Shown: positions 26,445 to 37,127 of the stretch, in pieces
Position numbering within the stretch: the first letter of the stretch is position 1
Layout of the letters: every line of letters starts with the position of its first letter
Assembly: GCA_022843885.1 (NCBI GenBank)
Contig: JALHMU010000003.1
Coordinates: 1 to 44,109, forward strand
Source of the DNA: Candidatus Peribacteraceae bacterium
GTDB taxonomy: Bacteria; Patescibacteriota; Gracilibacteria; Peribacterales; Peribacteraceae
Direction: 5' to 3'
Length of the DNA stretch: 44,109 nucleotides
Translations under genes and position numbers: made by a program
Notes under the pieces: generated by a model
What the model saw: only the letters and a program-made list of their open reading frames with translations
Databases searched by the model: none
What the model was told of the DNA's origin: nothing

Positions 26445-27764
26445 ATGAAGATCGCCGTCGTCGGCACCGGCTATGTTGGGCTCGTTTCTGCGGCCTGCTT
26501 CGCGGAACTCGGACACGATGTCATTGGTATCGATATTGATGCAAAAAAAGTTGCGATGCTCCAAAGTGGAAAGAGTCCAATTTTCGAACCAGGACTTGAG
26601 GAATTGATTGTAAGAAATCTTCAATCGAAGCGTCTGACATTCACGACCGACCTTGTCTCGGCATTGTCGAATGTACAGATTGTATTTTCCGCGGTTGCCA
26701 CTCCTCCAGGGGAAGGGCATAAAGCTGATCTCCGAGCCGTGTTCACTGTTGCAGAAAGTGTTGCAACAAATGTTGATCATCCGATCATCTTTGTAAACAA
26801 GTCGACGGTTCCAGTCGGCACGGGAAAATTGTGCGAAGAGAAGATCCAAAAAATTCTGAAAGATCGCGGTGTTGCATTTGAAATCCCCGTCGTGAGTAAT
26901 CCGGAATTTTTGCGTGAAGGCATGGCCGTTCCAGACACCATGATGCCAGATCGCATCGTGGTGGGAGTGAATGGAGATGAGAATGCAAAGAAGCAAATGG
27001 AAGAACTCTATCGCCCGATTACGCGCATCGGGAAGCCACTTGTGTGGATGAGCCGTGAGAGCGCGGAGATCGTAAAATATGCATCGAATGCATTCCTCGC
27101 GACCAAGATTTCGTTCATCAACATGATCAGCGAGCTGAGTGAAAAAACCGGCGCGAATATTCGTGATATTGCAAAAGGCATGGGTCTTGATGACCGTATC
27201 GGCGGACGATTTTTGCATGCTGGTATCGGATACGGCGGAAGTTGTTTCCCGAAAGATGTGAAGGCACTCCTTGCAACCGGAAAAGAATATGACGTTGATA
27301 TGTCGATCATCGAAGCGACAGACAAGATCAACATGCGTCAGCGCAAACGCTTCTTCGATGCATTCCTCAAAGCACTCCCGAAGAATGCGAAGGTTGCCGT
27401 CTGGGGGCTCAGCTTTAAGCCAAAAACGGATGATATGCGTGAGGCGCCAAGCCTGGATTTGATCCCGGAACTTCTGAAAGCCGGTCACTCTGTGAAAGTC
27501 TTCGACCCAGCTGCAATGGAAGTATCAAAACCACTCCTTCCGAAAGAAACCGAATTCATGAATGATCATGTGTCTGCTGTGAAAGATGCCGACGCGTTGA
27601 TCGTCTTAACTGAATGGGATCTGTTCCGCGGTGTGAACTTGAAAGAAATCAAAGGACTGATGAAAGGCAGCCTCCTCTTCGATGGTCGTAACGTCTACGA
27701 ACCGAAAGAAGTAGAAGCAGTTGGACTTACGTATCGAGGTATCGGCATTCCTTCTTCTCTATGA
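26445..27764 (+). CDS. ugd: UDP-glucose 6-dehydrogenase
   Basis: GTGYVGL, KSTVPVGT, SNPEFLREG, KYASNAFLATKISF, GYGGSCFPKD, FKPKTDDMRE, FDGRN. Confidence 0.95.
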   Translation: MKIAVVGTGYVGLVSAACFAELGHDVIGIDIDAKKVAMLQSGKSPIFEPGLEELIVRNLQSKRLTFTTDLVSALSNVQIVFSAVATPPGEGHKADLRAVFTVAESVATNVDHPIIFVNKSTVPVGTGKLCEEKIQKILKDRGVAFEIPVVSNPEFLREGMAVPDTMMPDRIVVGVNGDENAKKQMEELYRPITRIGKPLVWMSRESAEIVKYASNAFLATKISFINMISELSEKTGANIRDIAKGMGLDDRIGGRFLHAGIGYGGSCFPKDVKALLATGKEYDVDMSIIEATDKINMRQRKRFFDAFLKALPKNAKVAVWGLSFKPKTDDMREAPSLDLIPELLKAGHSVKVFDPAAMEVSKPLLPKETEFMNDHVSAVKDADALIVLTEWDLFRGVNLKEIKGLMKGSLLFDGRNVYEPKEVEAVGLTYRGIGIPSSL

Positions 27765-28708
27765 AAATTCTTCTGACAGGTGCTGCCGGCTTTATCGGAT
27801 TTCACACCGCACAAGCACTCCTTGCACGCGGTGATGAGGTCATTGGCTTCGATAACGTCAGCCCGTATTACGATCCCAAGTTGAAAGAAGATCGTTTGAA
27901 ACTTTTGGAAGGCAAGAAAGGATTCACCTTCATCAAGGGTGACATTTTGGATCGTCCGGCTCTGGCGAAAGCAATGAAGGGTGTCGACCGTGTCTGCCAT
28001 CTCGCTGCACTCGCCGGTGTACGTTACGCACTCGAGCATCCGGAAGAATACGTCTCAACGAACATCCAAGGTTTCTTCAATGTCATCGACGAAGTCAAAG
28101 TGCAGGGCATTCCAGGGTTGATCTATGCATCGAGCAGCTCCGTCTACGGCTCCAATGAAAAATTTCCAGCGGAGGAAGCTGATAAAACCGAAAACCAGGT
28201 GTCGCTCTACGGTATGACAAAGAAAGATAACGAGCTGATGGCCTACACCTATCATCATTTACATAAGATCAACCTCACAGGACTGCGCTTCTTCACGGTG
28301 TATGGCCCGTATGGCCGTCCAGACATGGCGCTGTTTCTCTTCACTGATGCGATCCTCCGTGGAAATCCCATGCACATTTATGGTGAAGGAAAAATGCAGC
28401 GCGACTTCACGTATGTTGATGACATCGTGGCTGGCATCGTCGCATCCATTGATAAAAATTATCCGTACGAAATCTTCAACCTTGGGTGCGGACGAAAAGA
28501 AGAGTTGATGGATTTCATTACGATGATCGAAAAAACGTGCGGTAAAGAAGGCAAGAAAGAATTCATGGATATGCAACCTGGTGACGTGCGCGTGACGTCT
28601 GCAGATATTTCAAAGGCACAGAAAATGCTTGGATTTGAGCCAAAAACATTCATTGATAAAGGCATTCCGCAGTTCGTTGAATGGTTCCGCTCGTACTACA
28701 AACTTTAG
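27761..28708 (+). CDS. NAD-dependent epimerase, UDP-glucuronate 4-epimerase-like
   Basis: TGAAGFIG, HLAALAGVRY, YASSSSVYG, YGMTK, LRFFTVYGPYGRPDMA. Confidence 0.92.
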   Translation: MKILLTGAAGFIGFHTAQALLARGDEVIGFDNVSPYYDPKLKEDRLKLLEGKKGFTFIKGDILDRPALAKAMKGVDRVCHLAALAGVRYALEHPEEYVSTNIQGFFNVIDEVKVQGIPGLIYASSSSVYGSNEKFPAEEADKTENQVSLYGMTKKDNELMAYTYHHLHKINLTGLRFFTVYGPYGRPDMALFLFTDAILRGNPMHIYGEGKMQRDFTYVDDIVAGIVASIDKNYPYEIFNLGCGRKEELMDFITMIEKTCGKEGKKEFMDMQPGDVRVTSADISKAQKMLGFEPKTFIDKGIPQFVEWFRSYYKL

Positions 28709-29820
28709 CGTCGTCCTCGAAGCAATTCTTGGGAACATGTATCTAAGCAGACGATTGCGTCGTAACGATTCTTAAATGTTTCAGAGTATCGAAGGATGAC
28801 TGCATCACTATAGTATTGCCATTCATGTCCGAATGACCCGACCACGAGAATGTCTTTATGTGGAGCAAGATTTTGAAATGCCAACGTGTCACGCGCCGTA
28901 TTGGAGAGTGGAGCGAACGGCAAAAACTGAATCAGAATGAGCAATGTTTCAAATAATCCCCAACGTACAATGGGCGTGAGTAAAGGCAAAAACTCCTTCA
29001 TGCCGATGATGAAGAACGGAACGAAGAGAATTCCGTAATACTCTTGGAAAGAAAAGAAAACATAGACCGCGATCAATCCGAATGCGCACAATTCCGTCCA
29101 TTTTTTTGCGTAGGCTAATCCGATGATACCAAGTGTGGCAACCACTCCGCTGCCCGAAAGAAAGAAGAGTTGTAGGAAAAAAAATATCTTCACAAAGAAT
29201 GTGATCGACGCATCTTTTCCTGCAACATTCAGCATGCTCGCGAGTGCCAGTGGATTCGTCAGTGTATAGAGAATCAGCATGGCTACCGGCCCACCGACAT
29301 ACAAGCATTGCTTCCAGAGTGGCAGACGACTACGCCAAAAAATGACCAACACAAGCGGCAAAAGCAACGCTGCTTGATATGCAATGAAGAGTGATGCCAG
29401 CCAAAAGAGCGCAACGAGCATCAGTTGCCACTCCGTGAACGATAATCGACGTAACAGCCAAAGAAACACAACTGCGGAGAACGCTGTCAGCGGTGCCATC
29501 ATGATGCTGCCGGCCTGCAAAATGACACTACCCGAAAGCAGCCACGCTGCAGCAATCAGAAGATTCATCGCAGTACGCTTCTTATCCAGAAAGAACCAGA
29601 CCGCTTGGACAATCAATGTTGCAAAAAAGAGACGGAAGAAAAATTCCATCCATAACGGACTTGAAAATAACGACAGAAGATATCGCGCGAGTGGCGGGTG
29701 TGGATATGGAATATCAAGCAAGTATTTGGCTTCATCTGTGCGAATACCGATCGACCATTGATACAACGCCAGCATCAGCGCGTATCCTTCCAACCCGAGC
29801 AGAATGATTATTTTTCGCAC
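28705..29820 (-). CDS. Polytopic membrane protein, probable GT-C glycosyltransferase
   Basis: N-terminal TM then TDEAKY...YPHPPLA (DE and HPPL as in ArnT/PMT-like GT-C); many TM helices; GTG start overlaps the upstream ORF. Confidence 0.65.
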   Translation of the reverse strand: MRKIIILLGLEGYALMLALYQWSIGIRTDEAKYLLDIPYPHPPLARYLLSLFSSPLWMEFFFRLFFATLIVQAVWFFLDKKRTAMNLLIAAAWLLSGSVILQAGSIMMAPLTAFSAVVFLWLLRRLSFTEWQLMLVALFWLASLFIAYQAALLLPLVLVIFWRSRLPLWKQCLYVGGPVAMLILYTLTNPLALASMLNVAGKDASITFFVKIFFFLQLFFLSGSGVVATLGIIGLAYAKKWTELCAFGLIAVYVFFSFQEYYGILFVPFFIIGMKEFLPLLTPIVRWGLFETLLILIQFLPFAPLSNTARDTLAFQNLAPHKDILVVGSFGHEWQYYSDAVILRYSETFKNRYDAIVCLDTCSQELLRGRR

Positions 29821-30122
29821 GGCGTGAGGGAGGAATCAGCAAGCGCAATGTCATAACATGCACTGTCACGCACAACGCGGCCGTGATTGCGATGTATGAA
29901 TCGCACACTGTCATGTGTTACATGTTTTATGGAAAGATCGGACAAAATCCATCCACGTTCGTCTGCGAGAGCTGTAAGTTCATGTTGCACGTCCTGACGT
30001 AGTGCGGAAAAAAGATACAACGGCCACAAGCGAATCACTTTCGGAACGAGAACCAATGCAATCAAAAACAGTACGAAAAGGAAGATTTTCAGAGGCTGCC
30101 GTCGGATCTGCTCGAAAGTCAT
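29808..30122 (-). CDS. Hypothetical small membrane-anchored protein
   Basis: N-terminal TM, C-terminal Cys pair; TAGGCT 6 nt before ATG; overlaps the next gene start. Confidence 0.65.
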   Translation of the reverse strand: MTFEQIRRQPLKIFLFVLFLIALVLVPKVIRLWPLYLFSALRQDVQHELTALADERGWILSDLSIKHVTHDSVRFIHRNHGRVVRDSACYDIALADSSLTPCEK

Positions 30123-30170
30123 ACGAGAAGCCTATGTAAAAAGGTCATCTTTCGCTAGTATACGCGGGCT

Positions 30171-31082
30171 ATGAAAATCATGGTTACAGGATCATCGGGA
30201 ACGATTGGTACGCGCCTCACAGAAAAGCTGCTTGCACGCGGCGATGAGGTTGTAGCAGTCGACTGGGTGCCAAATAAGTGGAATGCCACAATCGACAAGA
30301 TGACGACCCTCGTCGACCTACGTGATCGCGAGAAAACGTTGGCACTGCCGAAAGTCGATCTCATCGTGCATTTGGCTGCGAACGCTCGTGTGTACGAATT
30401 GGTCGAAGATCCAACCCGCGCACGCGACAACTTTGAAACGCTTTTCAACACGTTGGAATACGCTCGCAAGAACGGTGTGAAGAAATTCATCTTCGCATCA
30501 TCGCGTGAAAGCTACGGTAACTTCCGTCGCGACAAATATACGGAAGATCTCGTCCGCGTCGAACACTGCGAAAGCCCCTACACTGCCAGCAAAGTCGGTG
30601 GCGAAGCATTGATTCACTCCTACATGAACTGCTACGGCATTGATGCCGTTATCTATCGCTTTAGCAACGTATACGGCATGTATGACGATTCTGAACGTGT
30701 CATCCCTCTCTTCATCCGACTCACGAAGAACAACGATCCGCTCACGGTCTTCGGAAAAGAAAAGTGTCTCGACTTCACCTACATCGACGATAACGTCAGC
30801 GGCATCATGCTTGGAATCGATACATTTGATGCAGTGAAAGGCGAAACCTTCAACCTAGGAAACGGTGAAGGTACGACGATTCTCGAGCTCGCAGAAACGA
30901 TCATCAAGATGCGTAACGGGAATTCCAAGGTGAACATCGGTGAATCGCGTATCGGTGAGGTACACCACTACATTGCAGATATCTCCAAAGCGAAGAAGCT
31001 CCTTGGCTACGATCCAAAAACACCGTTCAGCGAGGGTATCAAGCTGACGTTCGATTGGTATCAGAAGAACCTTAGCTGGTAG
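30171..31082 (+). CDS. NAD-dependent epimerase/dehydratase
   Basis: TGSSGTIG, HLAANA, FASSRE, YTASK, RFSNVYG, DFTYIDD. Confidence 0.92.
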   Translation: MKIMVTGSSGTIGTRLTEKLLARGDEVVAVDWVPNKWNATIDKMTTLVDLRDREKTLALPKVDLIVHLAANARVYELVEDPTRARDNFETLFNTLEYARKNGVKKFIFASSRESYGNFRRDKYTEDLVRVEHCESPYTASKVGGEALIHSYMNCYGIDAVIYRFSNVYGMYDDSERVIPLFIRLTKNNDPLTVFGKEKCLDFTYIDDNVSGIMLGIDTFDAVKGETFNLGNGEGTTILELAETIIKMRNGNSKVNIGESRIGEVHHYIADISKAKKLLGYDPKTPFSEGIKLTFDWYQKNLSW

Positions 31083-32520
31083 CCTGATCTTCCTCCGGAA
31101 TGTACCCGCGCTCGAAGTATTCTTTTTCGTTGCCGACTTCTTCTACATCACGACGCTTTCCGTCTAAGATGCTCTGCGCAGCCAAAATACCCATTTCGAG
31201 TGAATGGTCCTGATTGGTATAACGGAAACGTCCTGGGCGACCGATAACATAGAAGTTTTCAAAACCATCCAACCATTTCATCACCGTTTCGATGCGATTT
31301 TTGTATTCCAAATCGTAAATCGGATACACGTGCTGCTGTTTGAAATGATGAATACTGAGTACCTCTTCTTTTTTCAGGAATCCGAGTTGATCCAGATGCG
31401 TGATCGTGAGATCGAAGAGATCGCCTTTCGACATGTTCCAGATTTTGTCGCCTTCAAAACAGAAGTACTCGACGAAGAGTGATGTTTTCCCTGGGGGAGA
31501 CATCTGTTTGCTGAAATTTTTCATTTCGGAGATGCGTCCGAACGGAATATTTTTATTCGGGAAATAGACCCAGTTGTCTGGAGAAATTTGCTCCTTATTC
31601 ACCGTCAAAAACAGATAGACCTGGGCACGGAAACGCAAGCCGGAAACGGCTTCTACAAGCTCTTTCGGGGGTGCAGGATCCATCAATTTCACCGTCTGTG
31701 TGATCGGAATAGAACACACGTATGCAGGTGCTTCAAATGTCTTTTCGCCGTCCGGCGTTTTCACATCGACCGCTGTCACACGATTTCCTTGCCAGCGAAT
31801 ACGAGTCGGCTCGCTTGAAACGAGAACATCGCTACCTTTTTGGCGGATGCGTTCTGCAATTGCTTCGTAAATTGTGCCGCTTCCAAATTCCGGATAGTAA
31901 AAAGAGTCGACGAGTGATTTTGGTCCGGACTTTTTGAAGATCATTTTCTTCAGCGTCGACCATACGCTCAGTCCGCCGATACGCTGCAACGCCCAGTCGC
32001 GACTTATCTCGGAACACGGAATGCCCCAGATCTTCTCTGTGTAATTGAGCATGTTAAATTCCGCAAGCGTCCGCCCAAAAGTCGTCACTGCATAGTCTTC
32101 GAATGATCGAATTTCCTTCGGCCAAATACGACGGCGCAGACGGGCGAAGAGATAGTCGATCAATGCACGAACAGCGCGAATCGGACCCATCTGCGTGAGT
32201 ACGTTTCCCAGACGAACTGGATAGAAGTAAAACTTTCCATCGACGTAGAAACGTGTCAGTCGATTCACTTTGATCCACTTCTCTTTCAGAAGATCTTCGA
32301 TGAAATCATAGAGATATTTATTCTTACTGAAGAAACGATGTGGACCGATGTCGGTTCGGTACGTTCCCGACGTTTCTTGGAATTCAAACGTCTTCGCGAG
32401 TCCGCCAACCATCGATGCTTTTTCAATGATCGCTGTGCGCTTACCCTTGCGGGAAAGCTCCATAGCTGAGGCCATTCCGGCCGGACCTCCTCCTAAGATA
32501 ACGGCATCGTACTGGGTCAT
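31072..32520 (-). CDS. FAD-dependent oxidoreductase (UDP-galactopyranose mutase / HemY-like family of glycan loci)
   Basis: GGGPAG, VGGLA, DIGPHRFFSK, YTEKIWG, GRPGRFRYTNQDHS. Confidence 0.8.
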   Translation of the reverse strand: MTQYDAVILGGGPAGMASAMELSRKGKRTAIIEKASMVGGLAKTFEFQETSGTYRTDIGPHRFFSKNKYLYDFIEDLLKEKWIKVNRLTRFYVDGKFYFYPVRLGNVLTQMGPIRAVRALIDYLFARLRRRIWPKEIRSFEDYAVTTFGRTLAEFNMLNYTEKIWGIPCSEISRDWALQRIGGLSVWSTLKKMIFKKSGPKSLVDSFYYPEFGSGTIYEAIAERIRQKGSDVLVSSEPTRIRWQGNRVTAVDVKTPDGEKTFEAPAYVCSIPITQTVKLMDPAPPKELVEAVSGLRFRAQVYLFLTVNKEQISPDNWVYFPNKNIPFGRISEMKNFSKQMSPPGKTSLFVEYFCFEGDKIWNMSKGDLFDLTITHLDQLGFLKKEEVLSIHHFKQQHVYPIYDLEYKNRIETVMKWLDGFENFYVIGRPGRFRYTNQDHSLEMGILAAQSILDGKRRDVEEVGNEKEYFERGYIPEEDQATS

Positions 32521-32945
32521 TTTTGCTTAAAGATAAATGAATGCGAGAAGTAGTAATTCCACACTGCAATGATCAAAATGGCAGAGAGTTTTGCGATGAT
32601 GTATTGCAGACCAAACTGCAACAGCAGTGAGTACAGCGCAATATTCATTGCGAACGCCATGCTGTAGATAAGCATGAATTTTGCGATCTGCTTCGCAAAG
32701 GTGCGTTCGTGATTTCTGAAAGTGAAGAACTTATTCACCGTGAAGACAACTGTCACAGCAATGAGTGAAGACAGAATACCTCCGAGAAGTTCCGGAAAAC
32801 CGACATACTCGACAAAGAGTGTCAGTGCCGAAAGATCGATGAAGGAACCGATACCACCCGTCATGCCAAATTTCACCAACTGTTTGATGTGCTTTCGCAA
32901 CACTGGCGATTCGATTCTCAAAAATGTCAAAATGGGGTCAATCAT
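32517..32945 (-). CDS. GtrA-family flippase-like protein
   Basis: QLVKFGMTGG, FTVNKFFTF, WNYYFSHSFIF; 4 TM. Confidence 0.92.
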   Translation of the reverse strand: MIDPILTFLRIESPVLRKHIKQLVKFGMTGGIGSFIDLSALTLFVEYVGFPELLGGILSSLIAVTVVFTVNKFFTFRNHERTFAKQIAKFMLIYSMAFAMNIALYSLLLQFGLQYIIAKLSAILIIAVWNYYFSHSFIFKQK

Positions 32946-32957
32946 CGTTGCCCTACC

Positions 32958-33890
32958 TTAGCGCGAGACCTGCCACCAATCCACCGTTTCCTTCAGCCCT
33001 TTCTCCAGCGGGGTCCATTCGTATGACTTGAGAGATTCATGCATAGGGAGTCGCACAAAGCTGCGCTTCCCATCGGGTTTTGATGGATCGAATTTAATCG
33101 GGACTTTCGGATTGACCAGATCGCGGATTTTCTTCGCCAACAATCGAATTTCCACTGACGACGGCGGCACGATGTACTGAATACCCGTAGCATCACGCTC
33201 GATGAGTTTCATGACTGCGCCAATGAGATCCTCAACGTAGAGAAAGACACGATGCTGATGTCCGCTACCCCAGACATCGAGGTGCTCTTTCGCTTTCTGC
33301 GCTTTGACCATGAGCGACGGAATCACGTTCCCCTCTTCTGTGAAAGTATCGCGTGGACCGTAGGCGCCAATCGGACGAACAATGAGCAATGGGAACTTTC
33401 GCTGCTTGGATGCAGCAAACCACAATGTTTCACACAGCGCTTTTCCAAGAACATAGCCATCAAGCTTCTCATTTTGAACCAATGCAATGACATCGCTAGA
33501 TGGTGGAACATTCGCAGTGCTGAAAAATGTGACGGATGGAGTCGCACCTGCTTCTTTCATACCTTGAATGAGTGCAAGTGACATCTGCACGTTGCCGTTC
33601 ATCACATCGCTTGAGTACTTGGAATGAAAATCGGGATTTCGGCGATGTGAAGCCAAATGAAAGACATGATCGACACCACGCACGAGCTCAGTGCAGTACT
33701 CAGCTGTGCGAAGATCACCTTCAATCCACTCTACTTCATCACGACGCTCGGAGAGTGTACGAAAATTCTTTGTGCGAACAGGCACACGTACTTTTGCGCC
33801 GGCATCGAGGAGTGCTTCGACGAGGAAACTGCCGATGAATCCCGTACCGCCAGTGACAAGGACAGTCTTTCCTGACCAATTCGTCGTCAT
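32958..33890 (-). CDS. NAD-dependent epimerase/reductase (GDP-fucose synthase-like extended SDR)
   Basis: TGGTGFIGS, FHLAS, GYVLGK, YGPRD, VWGSG, FLYVED; start set at ATG 33890. Confidence 0.85.
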   Translation of the reverse strand: MTTNWSGKTVLVTGGTGFIGSFLVEALLDAGAKVRVPVRTKNFRTLSERRDEVEWIEGDLRTAEYCTELVRGVDHVFHLASHRRNPDFHSKYSSDVMNGNVQMSLALIQGMKEAGATPSVTFFSTANVPPSSDVIALVQNEKLDGYVLGKALCETLWFAASKQRKFPLLIVRPIGAYGPRDTFTEEGNVIPSLMVKAQKAKEHLDVWGSGHQHRVFLYVEDLIGAVMKLIERDATGIQYIVPPSSVEIRLLAKKIRDLVNPKVPIKFDPSKPDGKRSFVRLPMHESLKSYEWTPLEKGLKETVDWWQVSR

Positions 33891-33977
33891 ATGTTGCAAG
33901 CGTAGCAGGAGTTCCGAGCGGTTCAAATCAAGTTTTGGACCTACTCAGCGAGTCACTTTTTCCCTACACTGGGACCG

Positions 33978-35255
33978 ATGAATTCGACTCCTGTCATTTG
34001 TGTCGTGGGCCTTGGATACGTGGGATTGCCGCTTGCCGCTGCCTTCGGAAAATCCGGCTGGAAAACCTACGGCTTTGACGTGAATGCAAAACGCATCGAC
34101 ACATTGAAGAACGGCGAAGACTGGACGCATGAACTCTCGAGTGACGATTTGAAGAAAACGACGATCGAATACTCAAGTGATCCAAGCATCATCAAAAATG
34201 CAAATGTAGTGATCGTTGCCGTACCGACACCAGTCGATGCAAAGAATGTGCCGGATCTTTCCATCGTTGAATCTGCGAGCGAGTCCGTCGGGAAAAATCT
34301 TTCGAAAGGATCTGTCGTCGTGTTTGAATCAACCGTCTATCCGGGTGTCACAGAAGAACTTTGTGTGCCGATTTTAGAAAAACATTCTGGACTGACATGT
34401 GGCGCGGATTTCACGGTCGGATATTCACCGGAACGCATCAATCCGGGTGATAAAGAACACACGATTGATAAGATTACGAAGGTCGTTGCCGGGCAAGATG
34501 AAGCCACAACTGACCGTTTGGCTGAAGTGTATGGAAAGATCGTCACGGCCGGTGTCTATAAAGCTGCAAACATCAAAGCTGCGGAACTTGCGAAGGCACT
34601 GGAGAACACGCAACGCGATATCAACATCGCATTGATGAACGAAGTTGCACGGTTCTGCGACAAGCTTGGTATCCGCACAAAAGATGTGCTTGATGCGGCA
34701 GGAACAAAGTGGAATTTCTTAAAGTTTTCACCTGGACTCGTCGGCGGACACTGCATTGGCGTCGATCCGTATTATCTCGTACACAAAGCGAATGAACTCG
34801 GCATGCAAACCGATGTCATTTCTGCAGGAAGAAAAATCAACGATGCACAGCCTGCCTTCATCGCTGATCAAATCATGCGCGCATTATCAACTGCGAAGAT
34901 CGATCCAAAGAGCGTCAAAGTTCTCGTGCTCGGTCTCACATTTAAAGAGAATGTTCCTGATACGCGTAACGCGAAGATTCATGACCTAATGCACATTCTT
35001 TCGAAGAATGGCCTGACGGTTGCAGGACACGATCCATGGCTTCAGGAAGAGCACATCACAAAGTTAGGCTTTGCATCAGGAGCACTTACAAAGGAAACCT
35101 ACGATGTGATCATTTTGGGAGTCACACATCGTGAATATCTCGCCATGAAATCTGCGGACTTCATAAGTGCACTGAAAAATCCGGGTATTTTCTACGATGT
35201 GAAATCTGTGTGTGATCCGAAAGACTTTGCACATCGCACGTACCTCTCTCTATGA
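33978..35255 (+). CDS. UDP-N-acetyl-hexosamine 6-dehydrogenase (WbpO/TviB-like)
   Basis: GLGYVGLPLA, ESTVYPG, YSPERINPG, ENTQRDINIA, GLVGGHCIGVDPYYL, TFKENVPD. Confidence 0.93.
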   Translation: MNSTPVICVVGLGYVGLPLAAAFGKSGWKTYGFDVNAKRIDTLKNGEDWTHELSSDDLKKTTIEYSSDPSIIKNANVVIVAVPTPVDAKNVPDLSIVESASESVGKNLSKGSVVVFESTVYPGVTEELCVPILEKHSGLTCGADFTVGYSPERINPGDKEHTIDKITKVVAGQDEATTDRLAEVYGKIVTAGVYKAANIKAAELAKALENTQRDINIALMNEVARFCDKLGIRTKDVLDAAGTKWNFLKFSPGLVGGHCIGVDPYYLVHKANELGMQTDVISAGRKINDAQPAFIADQIMRALSTAKIDPKSVKVLVLGLTFKENVPDTRNAKIHDLMHILSKNGLTVAGHDPWLQEEHITKLGFASGALTKETYDVIILGVTHREYLAMKSADFISALKNPGIFYDVKSVCDPKDFAHRTYLSL

Positions 35256-36409
35256 CAAAGGATCTCATCATGAAGCAATGGCCGATTCTTTTTGTAGCTG
35301 CCGCGCTCATCATCGTGCTGACGGCAACGCTCACATACTACAAAGGCAGTCCGAGTGCGCTGTTTCATATCGACCGAACGATCACGGATGAGTATGAACT
35401 CCCAGAATATACGGTCGTCTTAAATAACATCGGGTACGACGGCATGCATTATTATCAAATCGCACGGAATGTACCGAAGCTCGTGCAACCCACATACTGG
35501 AATGAATTGAGCACGATCCCTCCAGGACCATACGCACATCAGCGCATCCTCTTGCCAGTCTTGGCGTATCTCATCGCTTTCGGACAAGACACGTTATTGC
35601 CGTATTCATTCTTGCTGATCAACATTCTCGCACTGCTGGGAACAGCATGGTTCATCATGCAAACCAAGAAACGTTCGTCGAACCTTTTTGCTGTTGCACT
35701 CGCACTTTGCCCCGCAGCAATGGTCGGTTTGCATTTCTCGCTCGCGGAACCGTTGACGCTCTTTTTGGTCACCGTCTTTTTGTTCCGTTTCACGCGTGGC
35801 GAAAAAATCGATGTGATCAACATCTTGTTGTTATCCGCGTTAGTCCTCTCACGCGAAGTGAATATTCTCTTTGCAGGTGCCACGGGTCTCTATCTCCTTG
35901 CAAAGATGCGCTGGAAAGACGCACTTCTGCTCTTCATTCCTGCGTTCGTCTTCCTTGGACTCCACTTCTTTATCTACCAAGTATTCGGAGAGATTCCGTT
36001 CCTGTGGAGTGCCGAGAAAAATGCACCGCCACTCTATGCAATTGCCGAACTCTTGTTTGGGCTCAAGGGCTATAACAAATTCACTCTGTCTTCGATCGCA
36101 CTCTTTACTGCATTCGTTCTGCCGGCGCTCATCTTGGTATCCATCCACCTCATCAAAAATCGAAAGATCGACTATGTCCCATTGATGCTCCTTACATTCC
36201 TGGGACTCATGCTCCTTATGCCAGATCACATCTGGGGTTCGATCACGAGTATTGGACGCGTTATTACGCCGGTGTACCCGCTCTACGCGTTCTTTGCGCT
36301 CACGCATGAGAATCGCGCGACGCGCACAGTTGGAGTCTGTATGCTGCTGCTCGGCCTAGGCGCGGCATTTGGCCTCGCCTTCATCCCACATCCGTTCATG
36401 TTCTCATGA
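35252..36409 (+). CDS. Polytopic membrane protein, probable GT-C glycosyltransferase
   Basis: First loop GYDGMHYYQIA...QRILLP, then AEPL and LSRE; many TM helices; ATGA-coupled on both sides. Confidence 0.65.
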   Translation: MTKDLIMKQWPILFVAAALIIVLTATLTYYKGSPSALFHIDRTITDEYELPEYTVVLNNIGYDGMHYYQIARNVPKLVQPTYWNELSTIPPGPYAHQRILLPVLAYLIAFGQDTLLPYSFLLINILALLGTAWFIMQTKKRSSNLFAVALALCPAAMVGLHFSLAEPLTLFLVTVFLFRFTRGEKIDVINILLLSALVLSREVNILFAGATGLYLLAKMRWKDALLLFIPAFVFLGLHFFIYQVFGEIPFLWSAEKNAPPLYAIAELLFGLKGYNKFTLSSIALFTAFVLPALILVSIHLIKNRKIDYVPLMLLTFLGLMLLMPDHIWGSITSIGRVITPVYPLYAFFALTHENRATRTVGVCMLLLGLGAAFGLAFIPHPFMFS

Positions 36410-37086
36410 AGTCCGAACTCACTATCCTCGTGCCGATCTATAACGAAGAGCGAACACTTGTGTCCATCATGGATGCGATCGTGGAAACGTGCCCAGATGC
36501 CCAAATCATTTACATTGATGACGGATCAAAAGACAAATCTCTGGAACTCCTAAAAAGTCGAGCTCGCCCGCAGGACCTTGTACTGACAAAACCAAATGGA
36601 GGAAAAGGATCTGCCATTCGTTTGGGCTTAGAACACGCAACGGGCATATACACCGTTATCCAAGATGCCGACTTGGAATATCACCCACGCCAAATCCCGA
36701 TGCTCTTAGATGAGGCGAAGAAACGCCCACATGTTGCAATCTTCGGTTCACGATTTCTAAAACCGAATCCAGCGCTCTATAAAAGATACTTAATGGGCAA
36801 CAAAGTGATGACAGGATTTTTGAATCTCTTCTTTGGATCGACACTGACGGATAGTTACACGTGCTACAAATTGTTCGAAACAGAACAGATGAAAACATTG
36901 CCGTTACAAGCGCGTGGGTTTGAATTGGAAGCAGAACTGTCAGCCTATCCGCTGAAACGGGGTATCATCATTCATGAAATTCCCGTCGAATATAAACCGC
37001 GTTCCTTGGAAGAAGGAAAAAAGATTCGCTTCAAAGATGCATGGAAAGGCATGCTGACGATCTTGAAGATCCGTTTTGGCAGCTAA
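36406..37086 (+). CDS. GT2, polyprenol-phosphate glycosyltransferase (DPM1-like)
   Basis: VPIYNEE, IDDGSKD, NGGKGSAI, IQDADLEY, FGSRF, TDSYTCYK, GFELE, EGKKI. Confidence 0.92.
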   Translation: MKSELTILVPIYNEERTLVSIMDAIVETCPDAQIIYIDDGSKDKSLELLKSRARPQDLVLTKPNGGKGSAIRLGLEHATGIYTVIQDADLEYHPRQIPMLLDEAKKRPHVAIFGSRFLKPNPALYKRYLMGNKVMTGFLNLFFGSTLTDSYTCYKLFETEQMKTLPLQARGFELEAELSAYPLKRGIIIHEIPVEYKPRSLEEGKKIRFKDAWKGMLTILKIRFGS

Positions 37087-37127
37087 ATCGCGTTGCGAAG
37101 CGCACGGGGAATCGATAGTCTGCCCGC

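Noticed and set aside
26355-27488. 377-aa antisense ORF opposite ugd (also 13032-13676, 6267-6824, 24467-24994 and similar)
   Set aside because: Shadow frames of well-conserved genes, with no motifs or expression signals.
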